Shown here piece after piece: positions 1 to 10,677 of a stretch of DNA of 64,000 nucleotides. Position 1 is the stretch's first letter; each line of letters starts with the position of its first letter. The position numbers were made by a program, and so were the translations under genes. The notes beneath the pieces are model-generated. The model saw only the letters and a program-made list of their open reading frames with translations. It did no database searches and was not told the origin of the DNA. This stretch comes from Tubiluchus corallicola (Eukaryota > Animalia > Priapulida), in contig JAQGDQ010000093.1 in NCBI GenBank assembly GCA_030141605.1, positions 496,001-560,000 of the forward strand, given 5' to 3'.

Positions 1-1045
1 GTATGGTTTCCCACAGAAATTCATTTCAACCATCCAGAACTTTTACCAAAACAGCGGCTGTTGTATAAGAACACAAGAGGGAAACACCGAGTATTTCACC
101 ATCGAAACTGGAGTTAAGCAAGGTTGCATTATGTCGCCATTCCTGTTCCTACTGACGATTGATTTCATCATGAACAAGGCGGTTGATGGTAAAAATCTAG
201 GAATGCAATGGAAACAACAACAACGATTGGCAGATCTGGACTTTGCTGACGATATAGCTCTTCTGGAAACATCAAAAGAAAGCCTGCAACAACTGACCAC
301 AAGTATGGAAGAAGTAGCGGGAAAAATTGGATTGAGAATTAGTCAAGAAAAGACCAAAGTTTTGAAAGTGTGGACAAACCAACAGAATGATGTACATATA
401 ACAGTGGGAGGCCAAATGGTTAAGAACGTTACCAGTTTTTCATATCTGGGCAGTGTGATGACCTGTAATGGAGGTACAGAAAATGACATCAGGGGGAGAA
501 TTGGCAAAGCAACAGCAGTATTTAGGAAGATGGGAAAAATCTGGACAAGCAAGAAAATTGACATGAAAATCAAACTTCGTCTGTACAACGCCATTGTGCT
601 GCCAACGGCTCTCTATGCCAGCGAAACCTGGAAAGTCACAGCGGAGTTATCAAAGAAACTGAACGTCTTCCACCAAAAATGCCTTCGAAAGATACTAAAA
701 ATCTCCTACCGCGACCATGTCACCAATGTAGAAGTTCTTCAACGAGCGCAGTCATTGCGGTTACAAGATATAGTTACAGAGAGAAGAATGAAACTGGCTG
801 GACATATTCTCCGTCTATCAGAAAGTCGCTACGCCAAAACAGCAGTACAGTGGGAACCACCTGGTGGGAAACGAAAAAGAGGTCGGCCAAAAACAACGTG
901 GCGCAGATCCTTCAAAGAAGACCTTCGAGCTGTCAACAGACGTTGGGAAAACGTAGAGAACGAAGCCGCCGATAGAACTCAGTGGAAAATGCTGTCTGCC
1001 CAATGTGCATCAATGCGCAGGAAGGACTAAGGTCTAAGGTAAGGT
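1..1045 (+). mobile_element. RTE-clade non-LTR retrotransposon, 3' part (runs off the window at the 5' end)
   Basis: The RT ORF ends at TAA 1030 and is followed directly by a short TAAGG-type tail (ctaaggtctaaggtaagg), as expected for RTE-clade 3' ends. Confidence 0.92.
2..1030 (+). CDS. LINE reverse transcriptase, C-terminal part, open from the window edge
   Basis: Frame open from base 2 (YGFPQKF...). Motifs GVKQGCIMSP, LDFADD, FSYLGS, LYASETW, RRMKLAGHILR and GKRKRGRPKTTW. No stops or frameshifts. Confidence 0.93.
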   Translation, partial: YGFPQKFISTIQNFYQNSGCCIRTQEGNTEYFTIETGVKQGCIMSPFLFLLTIDFIMNKAVDGKNLGMQWKQQQRLADLDFADDIALLETSKESLQQLTTSMEEVAGKIGLRISQEKTKVLKVWTNQQNDVHITVGGQMVKNVTSFSYLGSVMTCNGGTENDIRGRIGKATAVFRKMGKIWTSKKIDMKIKLRLYNAIVLPTALYASETWKVTAELSKKLNVFHQKCLRKILKISYRDHVTNVEVLQRAQSLRLQDIVTERRMKLAGHILRLSESRYAKTAVQWEPPGGKRKRGRPKTTWRRSFKEDLRAVNRRWENVENEAADRTQWKMLSAQCASMRRKD

Positions 1046-1949
1046 TAAACGTGTGATGTCACAAAAATGGGCTCTATGTCATATGATGTCAGAAACTAAC
1101 ACTGGTGTTCATGATCATGGTTACCATGGTACCGCTTCCTATTTGTTAGCCACGCGAATGTAACAAAAAGGCACCATTGCCAATCTTAGTAGATTCACAG
1201 AGCTGCGCTTAGCTTTGAAAGTTTAACAAAATTTGAGTATCCGAGGTAATTATTATATAATCTAAGCTTTGATTTAAAAAAGCTATTGTAGTTTTCAATA
1301 TTTTAGAGCATTCTTTATTCTGAACTAACGTTTACACAATCATCCGGTCTTGCTTTAATTCACACTATTAAAGTGAAACTAGCAGTTATTCATGAGTTGG
1401 ACACATAATTAAACTGAATGGTGACATTTGCCTACTTGAAATAGGACAAAATTATCAAAAAGGCAGTAATTTAAGTAATTTTTAGGCATTTAAAAGATAA
1501 TTTAAAGATAAAAGAATGTATAACTGCTTTTGTAATACAGCGCTACCTAATGGCTGCTGCCAACAAGGCCAAACCAATGCTTTTTTTAAATTCTGACATA
1601 ACATAGAATTTCAGCGGATTCGTGATTGCTGATGCTTGTCTCCACTGGTGTGGGAAAACGGTAATCTTTTGTAAGGGCTTTTAAACACTGCCTCTGTATT
1701 TGTATTACATGTATAAATCTGTATTACATTTATATTAATTGTAGTTTGCTTTTTAGCTGATGAAATAAACTGAATTTGAAATATGCATTATTTAAATACT
1801 AATTATTATTCATCCTCACAGTTTTCATTCATATCCCCACCTTTCATAATTTTAATTCAATCAAATCAAATCAAAGCTCCAAATCAAATCAGTTGAGTTG
1901 AGACTAAGACTCAAAATTTTCTACACTTTTCTAACAAACAATTTTATAC

Positions 1950-2727
1950 CCATACCCATTGCAAATCCAATAGTCTCGTCAGGACTAGATGTTGAACATC
2001 CGGAGGGTCGAGGCAATTTAATTTTTAGTGGCTGCACTCTTGGAGGTGTAATTGGTTGTGGCTGAGGTACTGGTGAATCAGATTCACTCAAAACTACTTT
2101 GCGGTTTCCATCGTCGACATAGCCAGAATTTGACAATCTCCGATAGTCATGCATGATTCGCCTCCGTTTTCTGCGATCCACACTGTCTCCGATTAATTCT
2201 GGGGAAATGCTGGAATTTAAGCTGCTATTGCTGTTTGTGCGACTAAGTTGCAAGTGTTGTTCACTGTTTTCACATGGTGACAACTCATCTACATCCAGTT
2301 TCGTAACTACACTAGATTTACACACACTTGGCACAGTGCCAGATTCACCAATACCACTTCTACGCCGCAATCTTTTACTCACCGGATCGTCTGTAATTTC
2401 TTGTAATCGAGTTGACACTTTTTCAGCATTTATCCACAATGCTTGAGATTCTAAATGTTTACCAGAACATTGTTCGGCGCTGGTCATGTGGACGTGATTC
2501 TCAACACGTTCATCGTCGCGAAATTTATCAATAAATCCTTCACGTGATCTGTTAACGCTAGAACTCTTTCTACGTCGCTTTTTATGCACAGTTTTTTTAA
2601 GAGTGTAACTGGCGCGAGCATACTCATTTGACTGAAGAAGGTCTGAGTTCGCATAACCAGCTTCACTGGTTACAGTTTCGCCACTTTCACTTTTTCCATG
2701 CGTCAACAACTTTGCTCCGCCGTCCAT
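1950..2727 (-). CDS. First coding exon (or single exon ending at 1921) of an unidentified Ser/Arg/Pro-rich protein
   Basis: 268-codon ORF in AT-rich DNA with ATG in an AAAATGG context. Basic NLS-like stretches KKRRRK and RRKRRR. Possible donors G|GTATGG (exon end 1956) or G|GTATAA (exon end 1950) lie just before the stop. Confidence 0.7.
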
Positions 2728-2987
2728 TTTGAAGCTATGAGCAAGATGCTGGGGCGATTCAGCATACTTTCAAGTAATCTGCGAGTTTATTGGTTTAGTT
2801 TAAATATGTGTTTAAGGTTGCCTAGCCTTCTCAGCCATTTAGAAGTGACGACACAAGTACGCGTCTTTTATGGTTGAATTCTGGGTAGAGTTTGTCTGCG
2901 CATGCTCGCCAAGCACGGTGCACCAAGTTTTGAATGGTGAATTGGTTTTTAGGTTAATTTTCTAGGTTTTAACGATTATTTAAAATA
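2728..2987. promoter_or_regulatory. Putative bidirectional promoter
   Basis: Only 260 bp between two divergent ATGs. NRF1-like TGCGCATGC at 2897-2905, YY1-like GCCATTT near 2834, a TGACG half-site, and locally more CpG. Confidence 0.65.
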
Positions 2988-3257
2988 ATGGCTACGGATT
3001 CTGCTACGCCCAAGAAGGTGCGAAAAATGGATGGTACTGGCGACGTGGGAGACGTAGAAGAAAACAGGGATTATGACAGCGAGACGCAAAAAGCTTTGGA
3101 AGAAATCGATGCATGCCAGAACGAGATTGATGCTTTGAATGAAAAAGCCAGCGAGGAAATTCTCAAAGTAGAGCAGAAATATAATAAATTGAGGAGACCA
3201 TACTTCGATAAGAGAAACGATTTGATAAGGAAAATACCAAATTTCTGGGTTACAGCC
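2988..3257 (+). CDS. SET: Protein SET / TAF-I / I2PP2A (NAP family), exon 1
   Basis: [51 protein letters not shown] matches the SET dimerisation helix. 270 nt, followed by donor GTATCCTTT. Confidence 0.95.
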
Positions 3258-4628
3258 GTATCCTTTTATTATTAGCATTATTTCACCGAGATTGAACAGT
3301 CATGGTACCGGTAACATGCTTTGTTCGTGTTTGCGTGGTCGGCGCCATTACTGTAAGGCATTGTGTATTGCACTAAATAATTATTCTATAAATGTGGTCG
3401 GTAGCTCAGGTTTCAATTTTTTTTGTTTATTTGGTGCCTTTATGTTACTGATAGTTTAAACCTGTGTAGTTTTATTGAATAACTTCTGTAAATTTTTGGT
3501 GAAAATTGGTTTTTCAAACCTGGTTTTGTTTAGCAGTATTAATTGTTGGTTGAAAATGCTTATATTTGCTCAGCTTATTGGTTAAATTACAAACTATTTT
3601 TGCATTGCTTTTTTGTTTATTAAGTGGATACATTAGTGTCTAGATACTGGTTACGTATGATAAGTAAAGATTTAATTTTTTACTTGGTTACTTTGAAAGT
3701 AGTTACAGCCTATTATTTCAACAGTGTTTCAAGTGTTACTACTATAAAAAGTGATAACCTAGATATAATACGTAGTTACATAGATGAAAACTGTTACATA
3801 AATCATAAAAAACTAACTTTACTAACAATTAATAGTTAAAAATTGCTTTAATTTTATTCCATTTATTTTTAACTACTGCGTTGATACATACGAATTTTTT
3901 GTAACTTGGCTTTGTAACATTTGCAAACAAATTTTTGCCACGTGAGATTTTTTTAAAAAAATTGTCAATTATTTTATGACAGTCTAGGCTTTGTTTAAAG
4001 TTATTTTTTATTATTTAATTTAAAGGGAGAATATAATTTGATAGATTTAATATTAGATTATAGTGGTGCTCATAAGCCACTGACACAGCAGTATCTAGTT
4101 TTTTGCTTGATTAACTGTTGTGTTTACCTGTTAAAGAGCAGATTTCTTTTGTTTTAGAATTCTGCCTGCCCAATTTCTACAATTGAAATATTTGCACACT
4201 TCAGAAATATTTTTACTATAATATTTATTGTGTAATGATTTTTTTGTTTTTATTATTTTTGAGTTTAATTTTTGCACCATCAACAAAATATTTTAGCTCA
4301 AAATGTGTTTGAATTACATTTACTTACTAAATTGATTCGAATTGCAAGTTTCTTAGGACATTCAGTTCGTTTTAAAAGCCTTCCTTTGCCAAATTAAATA
4401 GGTTGACCTTTGACTTTTGACCAAAATAGTTGGCAATAAAGCCCGAACCATAGTTTTTATATTGAAAATTTTGAACTTATTTTTGCAGTTTGGCTAGAAA
4501 GTGCTGTAACTGCAAAATTTTGATGTGTTGATTGCTGTGTCAACAGCAGTTTTCTGCTATATGTGTATGTGATTGTGGCACCATCTAGTAGGCATTATTT
4601 GAAAATAACTGTTGTCACATTATGAATA

Positions 4629-5318
4629 CAGTAGGCACCGCTTAATGGACTCACTTTGGGACCGAAGTGTTTTGACCCAATTAACCAATTGAACCTATTA
4701 ACTGATGGGTGCAGATTTACTGGTACAGAAGTATGAGTCAACAGCTTAGTTTGCACTGCAAAGGTCTTTAATGAATTTTAGAAACTAAGTAATGCCTAAA
4801 TTCCTTTTTGCAGTTAAAAATTAGAAAAAATATTTCAAAATATTAATTTATATAAGTGAATTAGCAATAAATTAAAAAGTTCACGTTTCTAAATAACACA
4901 AGTCTGTTTATTTGCAAAAATACAAAAATTCCTTCAAAGTCGGCTGCTTCATTTTATCATCCAGGAATTCTTGGGGAACAAGGTTAATTGCAGTGGACGG
5001 GTGGGTGAAAGTAAACCATTAGGCTAGCATATTAGTGTGTGATAAACGTTCTTTCTTACAAACAAAATGGTAGCATGATTGTTTCTATGTATATTATAGG
5101 ACAAAAGTGAACTAAGATGATATAAAAGTCCAACGCTTAATTATATTATTAAGACGAAAGTGTCTTATTGAAGCATGTGAAGCAAAAATATTGAGTCAAT
5201 TATGCATAGTTATTTGAGTCATTTACCGACAGTTTTTATGTACATTTAAATAGAAGTGGCCCATACCAGGCGTTTTTAAGTCAATTAAGCGATTGAGTCT
5301 ATTAAGCGATGACTACTG
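4629..5318. mobile_element. Tc1/mariner (Tigger/pogo-like) non-autonomous element
   Basis: TA on both flanks. TIR CAGTAGGCACCGCTTAAT versus CAGTAGTCATCGCTTAAT. Confidence 0.75.
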
Positions 5319-5604
5319 TAGTATTATTTACCGTACAAGCCTGCACAGAATTATTTAACTGTGCTACCAAATAGAACCATTTTTATCCACTGTCAAATTT
5401 TGTTTCATGCTGACAATATCACTACTATAATATTTTTGTAACTTAAAAAAACTGGCGTAATGATTTAATTTTTCTTTTTGCTGTCTTTGTGAATTATATT
5501 ATTTAATTTGCCCTTGTATATTTGTCCAATCCTAGATCAGATCTTGCTCCCAGTTTTTTTAGCCAAGGCCAATATTTTGTTAGTCACAGTAAATTGACTA
5601 AGTC

Positions 5605-5845
5605 AATATAAATGTCCATTTCCGCTTGGATTATTAATATTCCGAAATCATTGTAAATGCCTGTTCTGACTTAGCTTATTACTGTCTTGAAGTCACTGTA
5701 AATGTCTGTTTTGACTTAGCTTATTAATGTTAAAAAATTGTCGTTAATGTATGTTTTTGACTTAGTTTATTAATGTTCAAAAGTTGCTGTTAATATATGT
5801 TTTTGACTTAGTTTATTAATGTTCAAAAGTTGCTGTTAATGTCTA
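5605..5845. repeat. Degenerate 45-46 bp tandem repeat, about 5 copies
   Basis: GACTTAG(C/T)TTATTA recurs at 5668, 5713, 5759 and 5805. Confidence 0.8.
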
Positions 5846-6229
5846 ATTGAAAGCTTGCAGCTTAAGTACATTCTCCAAGAATTTCAGTTGTGATACTTCC
5901 TTTTGCTATGATGGCTGACTTTTTTGAAATGTTATTTATAAGGTGTGTGAGTAATGCTGGTATTCTAATTTAGCTAAAAAAGTTGCTGCTTATTAACATT
6001 TCTGGATTTGAAGCCAGGTTGTCAGAGCATTTTTCTTTTGACTGAGTTGATTAATATGCTATGCTCCATTTTTTGGGGGAAATAATATTAGTGTTTTTTT
6101 TAAATATTATTACTATTTATAGCTGGTTTGTACTTAAAATTGTGCATTGCTGGTAGGTACCTACGTGCTTTTTCTTAGGACATGTATGTTAAGAAATACT
6201 GACACCAACAAAGCAGTAAATGTAGCTAC

Positions 6230-6640
6230 AAAATTTATTTTGGACGTGTTGGTCGTCGTAGGAGTCATCACCTCATTTTGGATCTGCTGACGATGGTCGC
6301 TTCTATGGCTGAAACGTCCAGAGTAAAGTTTATTGCTACTTTTGCTGCTTTGTTGGGCGTTAGTATTTTTTATAGGACTGATTTCAAATAATAAGAGTTT
6401 CTCCAGATGCATATTCTACCTTTTGTAGGCATTTCAGTCCAATCATTTATGAATTCTGTCTTCAGTATTTCCTGTACTCTCCATAGCCAGTTTTTGCTCT
6501 ATAATTTTCTTCTACATTTTTGAAGAACGATCGTTATCTGTTTTTCATGACATGCACGATTAGGGATATTAATTTTGTCTTTTCACATTTTTTTGGACTT
6601 CCTGTTGCAGTTGTTGTAGCATGACTTTGATATTATGCAT
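6230..6640. mobile_element. Degenerate Penelope-like element remnant
   Basis: Hammerhead motif at 6283-6322. The minus strand of 6350-6640 gives broken peptides (YNNCN..., GRIC.../LEKLLLFEISPIKNTN) resembling the GIY-YIG C-terminus of Penelope-like elements. Confidence 0.55.
6283..6322 (+). ncRNA. Minimal type I hammerhead ribozyme motif
   Basis: TCTG-CTGACGA-T-GGTC-gcttctat-GGCT-GAAAC-GTC-CAGA. Stem I is TCTG/CAGA, the core is CUGANGA plus GAAA, stem II has two GU pairs, stem III is the palindrome ACGT, and the cleavage triplet is GUC. Confidence 0.65.
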
Positions 6641-6659
6641 TTCATACTTAACAATTTTT

Positions 6660-6978
6660 ACCAGTTAAGAGTTAGTATTTTTAATCTTATTGACAAGATA
6701 CAGTAATTTTAAATTTTTGTTTAGTTAATGATGTATGTGCTACAAATGCCCTGATGTTTTTTTAAATTTTTATAGAATGTTATCTAAACTTGTTTCAAAT
6801 GATTTATTGTCAAAATGCCTGTGTCTAACGGTCATTGATGGTGTTTAAATTTACATATTTTATACAGCGTTATTGCTGACGCTAGTCTGATATGATAAAG
6901 GCAGTATGTAAGTGATATAAAATTTCAAGACGATTTTTTAAAGCTTTATGTAAGTTGGGGTACTTTCTTGTGCTTTAA
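6660..6978 (+). mobile_element. TTAA family B element, partial
   Basis: Similar to 53290-53598 and ends TTTCTTGTGCT-TTAA. Confidence 0.7.
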
Positions 6979-7049
6979 ATATGAAACAATGTTGCTTATA
7001 ATGGATTTGAATTGTTTACTCTGTTTTTCCTTGACTCTCCTGATACCAG

Positions 7050-7121
7050 TTTGTAAATCACCCTCAGATCTCCGCCATCCTTGATGAAGAAGAAGAAGAG
7101 TGTCTTCATTATCTTACTAAG
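7050..7121 (+). CDS. SET: SET exon 2
   Basis: cag|[24 protein letters not shown]|gtaaga, 72 nt, phase 0-0. Confidence 0.95.
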
Positions 7122-7148
7122 GTAAGAAGTTCTCGTTAAACCGTGATG

Positions 7149-7525
7149 CAGGGTTGATGCAATTCAGGGAACGTTCAGATTCATACGTTCATACATACAA
7201 TCAAGGCTCTCCTGGAAAGTCAGGGAAAAAGATAATTTGGTAAAAAGTTAGGGAAAATGATGAAAATGGGGCGAAAAGTCAGGGAAATTGGAAAGGGTTG
7301 CAACATATTTTTCAACTATTCGTGTTCAAGTAAAATTTTGCAATGGCAGACTCCCAGTTTCGATTTCTGCTCCAAAAATAATGATCGGCCAACACATTAT
7401 GCGTCAGTATGTATACACAAAAATGTTTGGATATGTATACTGGTAATGCAATTTCTGCTTATCTTGGTCCTGGAAGACCAATATTTGGTCAGGGAAATTT
7501 ATTTTAAAATTCTGTGGCAACCCTC
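7149..7525. mobile_element. Non-autonomous DNA element with CAGGGTT termini and TCAGGGAA subrepeats
   Basis: Ends CAGGGTTG...CAACCCT. Reverse-complement similarity to 28558-29071. Confidence 0.65.
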
Positions 7526-7829
7526 CTGTAGTATTATTTGTAGTTCTTGACCTTTTTGCTCCAAAAAGAGGCCACCTGGAAGAGCCATCCATCTGTTAGT
7601 ATGAATGTGCATTGTTTTGGTTCGTACAATTCTTTTTTTGAAGCTTAGGAGTCTACTAATGTTAATCATGTACAGTTCAATAGTATATTAAGTTTTCATT
7701 TGAATATTTGTAAAATTTAAAAAAACATTTGCATTCCTAAAGTTTTTCGATCGAGTGAGGCTGATTAATGTTTTTTCATGTTTGCCTTCGAATGTGTACA
7801 TTAATTTGAAAACTTTCCTAATTATACTA

Positions 7830-8493
7830 CAGTAAGTCTTCACTTAACGACTCCCTGCTTAGCGACGTTTCGTTTTAACGACGCTAATTGTTTAACACCT
7901 TAACGTCGCTTGTTTCGTTTTAACGACAACACTAAAATCTTATTTACTGCGCTTGTACTCGGTCAAGAGGCCCGCCACTTAACCCAGATCCGTAGCTGAA
8001 CAAAACCGGCAGCAGACAATCAGCTACAGCTGTAGGCAGGCTATGGTGATTCATCGCTTAGATTTAGATATAATTATTCTTGATAAAAGTCAAGAGTTTC
8101 TGCTTATAAAACTCTCTGCTGTTACATAGTTAATTACTGAGTTTACCTCATTTTAGCTGCCACAATCACAACACTAATTATGCATTAGGCTTATTTTAAT
8201 TAAAAAAACTCTTAAGCAATAAACCATATAAAGTGTTTGATTTATGAGCCAAATGTTACTGATTTTTCTCCTGCAAGATAACTGAACCTTTTAACACAGC
8301 CATTCTTAGTGGTTTTTGTCCCACTGCAAGCAACTGAACTTTTTACATAACAAGCAGTATTGATTTTTTGCTCCTGGAAGGCAAATGAATGCTTTTAAGT
8401 TGCTTCTTTTAGAAATATGCTTCATTCAGCAACGTTTCGCTTAACCACGTGTTTTACTGGAATGCATTAGTGTCGTTATGCGAAGGCTTACTG
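7830..8493. mobile_element. Tigger/pogo-like non-autonomous element
   Basis: TA flanks. TIR CAGTAAGTCTTCACTTAACGAC versus CAGTAAGCCTTCGCATAACGAC. Confidence 0.78.
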
Positions 8494-8696
8494 TACGTTG
8501 AAAGCAAGTAATAACAAGTATGTTATTTTGAATAATATACAAGTTATGGTGTATACTACATAGTCGCGATATATATTTATTCTGTGCAATTTGTTACTTT
8601 ACGACTTATAAAGTAAGTACAACCAAGTTTTTGTATACTGTATATCTTTTTTACAACATGTTTCTGTATGAACTTGATTTGCATTTTTGCCACCAG

Positions 8697-8814
8697 GTAG
8701 AGGTAGAGGAATTTGAAGACATCAAATCCGGCTACCGAATCAAGTTTGTTTTTGACGAGAATCCGTTTTTCAATGACCGTGAACTTTGTAAAGAATTCCA
8801 TCTCGGGCAATCTG
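8697..8814 (+). CDS. SET: SET exon 3
   Basis: cag|[39 protein letters not shown]+G|gttggt, 118 nt. Confidence 0.95.
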
Positions 8815-9507
8815 GTTGGTACTTTTATAAAGTTCTTTTTTCTACTCGTGAAAATTTTTGGTTAAAGTTTACTATTCCCCACACACAAGAACTTAGTTCG
8901 TGAGGCGGGTTAGGGTGAGGATATTTAAATTGTGTGGGGAATTGTAAATGGCCGAGTAGTGCTGCCGCTTATACCATAATTATCAGAACATATACGTTCA
9001 TGATACAAAAAAAAGACTATACAATTATCGATTATTATGCGATAATTTAGTAATGCGAAACTAAAAAACAGCGTGAAAAAATGTGCCTTGAAAAAATTCT
9101 GCGCTGCTAACCCGTGTGAAATAAACAAACTGATTTCAAGTGATTTTAGATATTCCAAGATTCAGCTTTAAGCATTCACAAAGCTTTAAAAAAATCTTCC
9201 CTTCCTACTGACATCTTTTGAGCTCACGAGATAAAATAGAAACAAATTTTTGTGGCCGGTCTTTGCTACAAACCTGTCCGAATCTTCAACAAAATGGTTT
9301 CCCAGTCCCGCCATGAATTCGGTCACAGCTGCAGCATTGTCAGCCTGTTTTTGCAAAGAGGAAGCCAAACTGCATAGTGGCCTAAAATGGCCGGCCTAAA
9401 ATGCATAATTGCAATAACTAAAAAATTTTCTAATTGGTAGTTAATAAAAAACAAATACAGACTGTCATGAACTAATTATTAAGAGTGATGGAACTCTTCG
9501 TATCTAG

Positions 9508-9677
9508 GTGACCCAGCATCCAAATCCACTCCTATCAACTGGAAGGAGGGCATGGACCTGACGCAGAGACAGCAGGCGCAAGCTGCGAAGAACAGCCGGA
9601 AACGACCACATCAGCCAAGAACTTTCTTCAGTTGGTTCACAGACCACGGCGACGCGTCTGCCGACGACATTGCAGAG
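9508..9677 (+). CDS. SET: SET exon 4
   Basis: tag|(G)[18 protein letters not shown]...[20 protein letters not shown]|gttggg, 170 nt. Confidence 0.95.
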
Positions 9678-10588
9678 GTTGGGCATTAAATTTAGTTGAA
9701 TAAACTGTTCTGCTCTTAAAGCTTGGTGCACGCGGAGCATAAAAAAGCCAAACAATTTTCTTTCCACTTACTTTGCAGTCGTTTCGTGTTTGTCTGTACT
9801 ACACGTGTTTTAGATGTGCAGTCTGCCACATTTTTGGAATCTCGGACCTTGTCCACGATGTTTTTTATGGATCTGCGGACCCGGCAGAGTTGCGAATGCA
9901 GCCTATTTCTTAACTATAGTTTCTGTGTTCTGCTTTAAAGGAAAAGCCGAGTCTTCTGGGAAGTTAAGCTTATTTGAAAATTCGCAAAAAAATGTTAGAA
10001 GGATTTGGTAATAAAGCTGCAGTAAGCACCTAGTGAAATTGTTAAGATCACTTTAACGTCGTGATCACTTCACGCTTGGACGCTACCATTTTCAATGCCC
10101 ATTCTTCCAATGACGCCATTCGTCTTGAAGAAAAGTAGCGCACTGTCAATCTTCATCCAAAAGTAAGTTTTTACAAAAACAATGATATCATTAAACATTT
10201 AAACATTTAGCACGGGCTGCCATTTTCTTCAATCATATGTGACTAACATCACCCACACATGAGAAACAAAGGGCACACACGAAGTAGAATTCTATAACAG
10301 GTGCTACACGTGCTCCCATTTTCTTATATGAAATGTAACTAACATCACCCACACACGAGAAACAAAAAACACACAGCAGTTCAGTTTCAGCTTGTTAAAA
10401 CAATTATTCTGTTACTCTGTCGGCGTCTTCTGGCCAAGTTGAAAGTTATTATATTATCGACCGTAACTGGTTTTTATTACATAGCGGGCAAGAGAATTTG
10501 TCAAAAAGCAAAGAAAAGTATTAATAATCTTACGGATTGGACTTACGGATTTTTGTACCAGTTAATGAGGTGTTTGTTTTTGCTTTAG

Positions 10589-10677
10589 GTGATCAAAGAT
10601 GATATGTGGCCAAACCCGTTACAATATTTCCTAGTCTCCGACATCGAGGTCGATGAAAATGGTCTGGGAGATGAGAG
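10589..10677 (+). CDS. SET: SET exon 5
   Basis: tag|[29 protein letters not shown]+AG|gtacgt, 89 nt. Contains the NAP-family WPNPLQY motif. Confidence 0.95.

Larger units (their letters stand above)
3258..7049 (+). other. SET: U12-type (minor spliceosome) GT-AG intron, SET intron 1
   Basis: 5' splice site GTATCCTTT. Branch site TTTCCTTGAC at 7026-7035 with its A 15 nt before the 3' end. The phase-0 join restores FWVTA/FVNHPQ. Confidence 0.9.

Noticed and set aside
43-1003. Alternative-frame and antisense ORFs over the LINE (likewise those over SET exons and the 1921-2727 ORF)
   Set aside because: These are shadow ORFs of real coding sequence.
2988-3275. 95-aa ORF as a complete protein or a truncated SET pseudogene
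   Set aside because: Homology continues in seven downstream exons with consistent phases. The last five codons are intron read-through.
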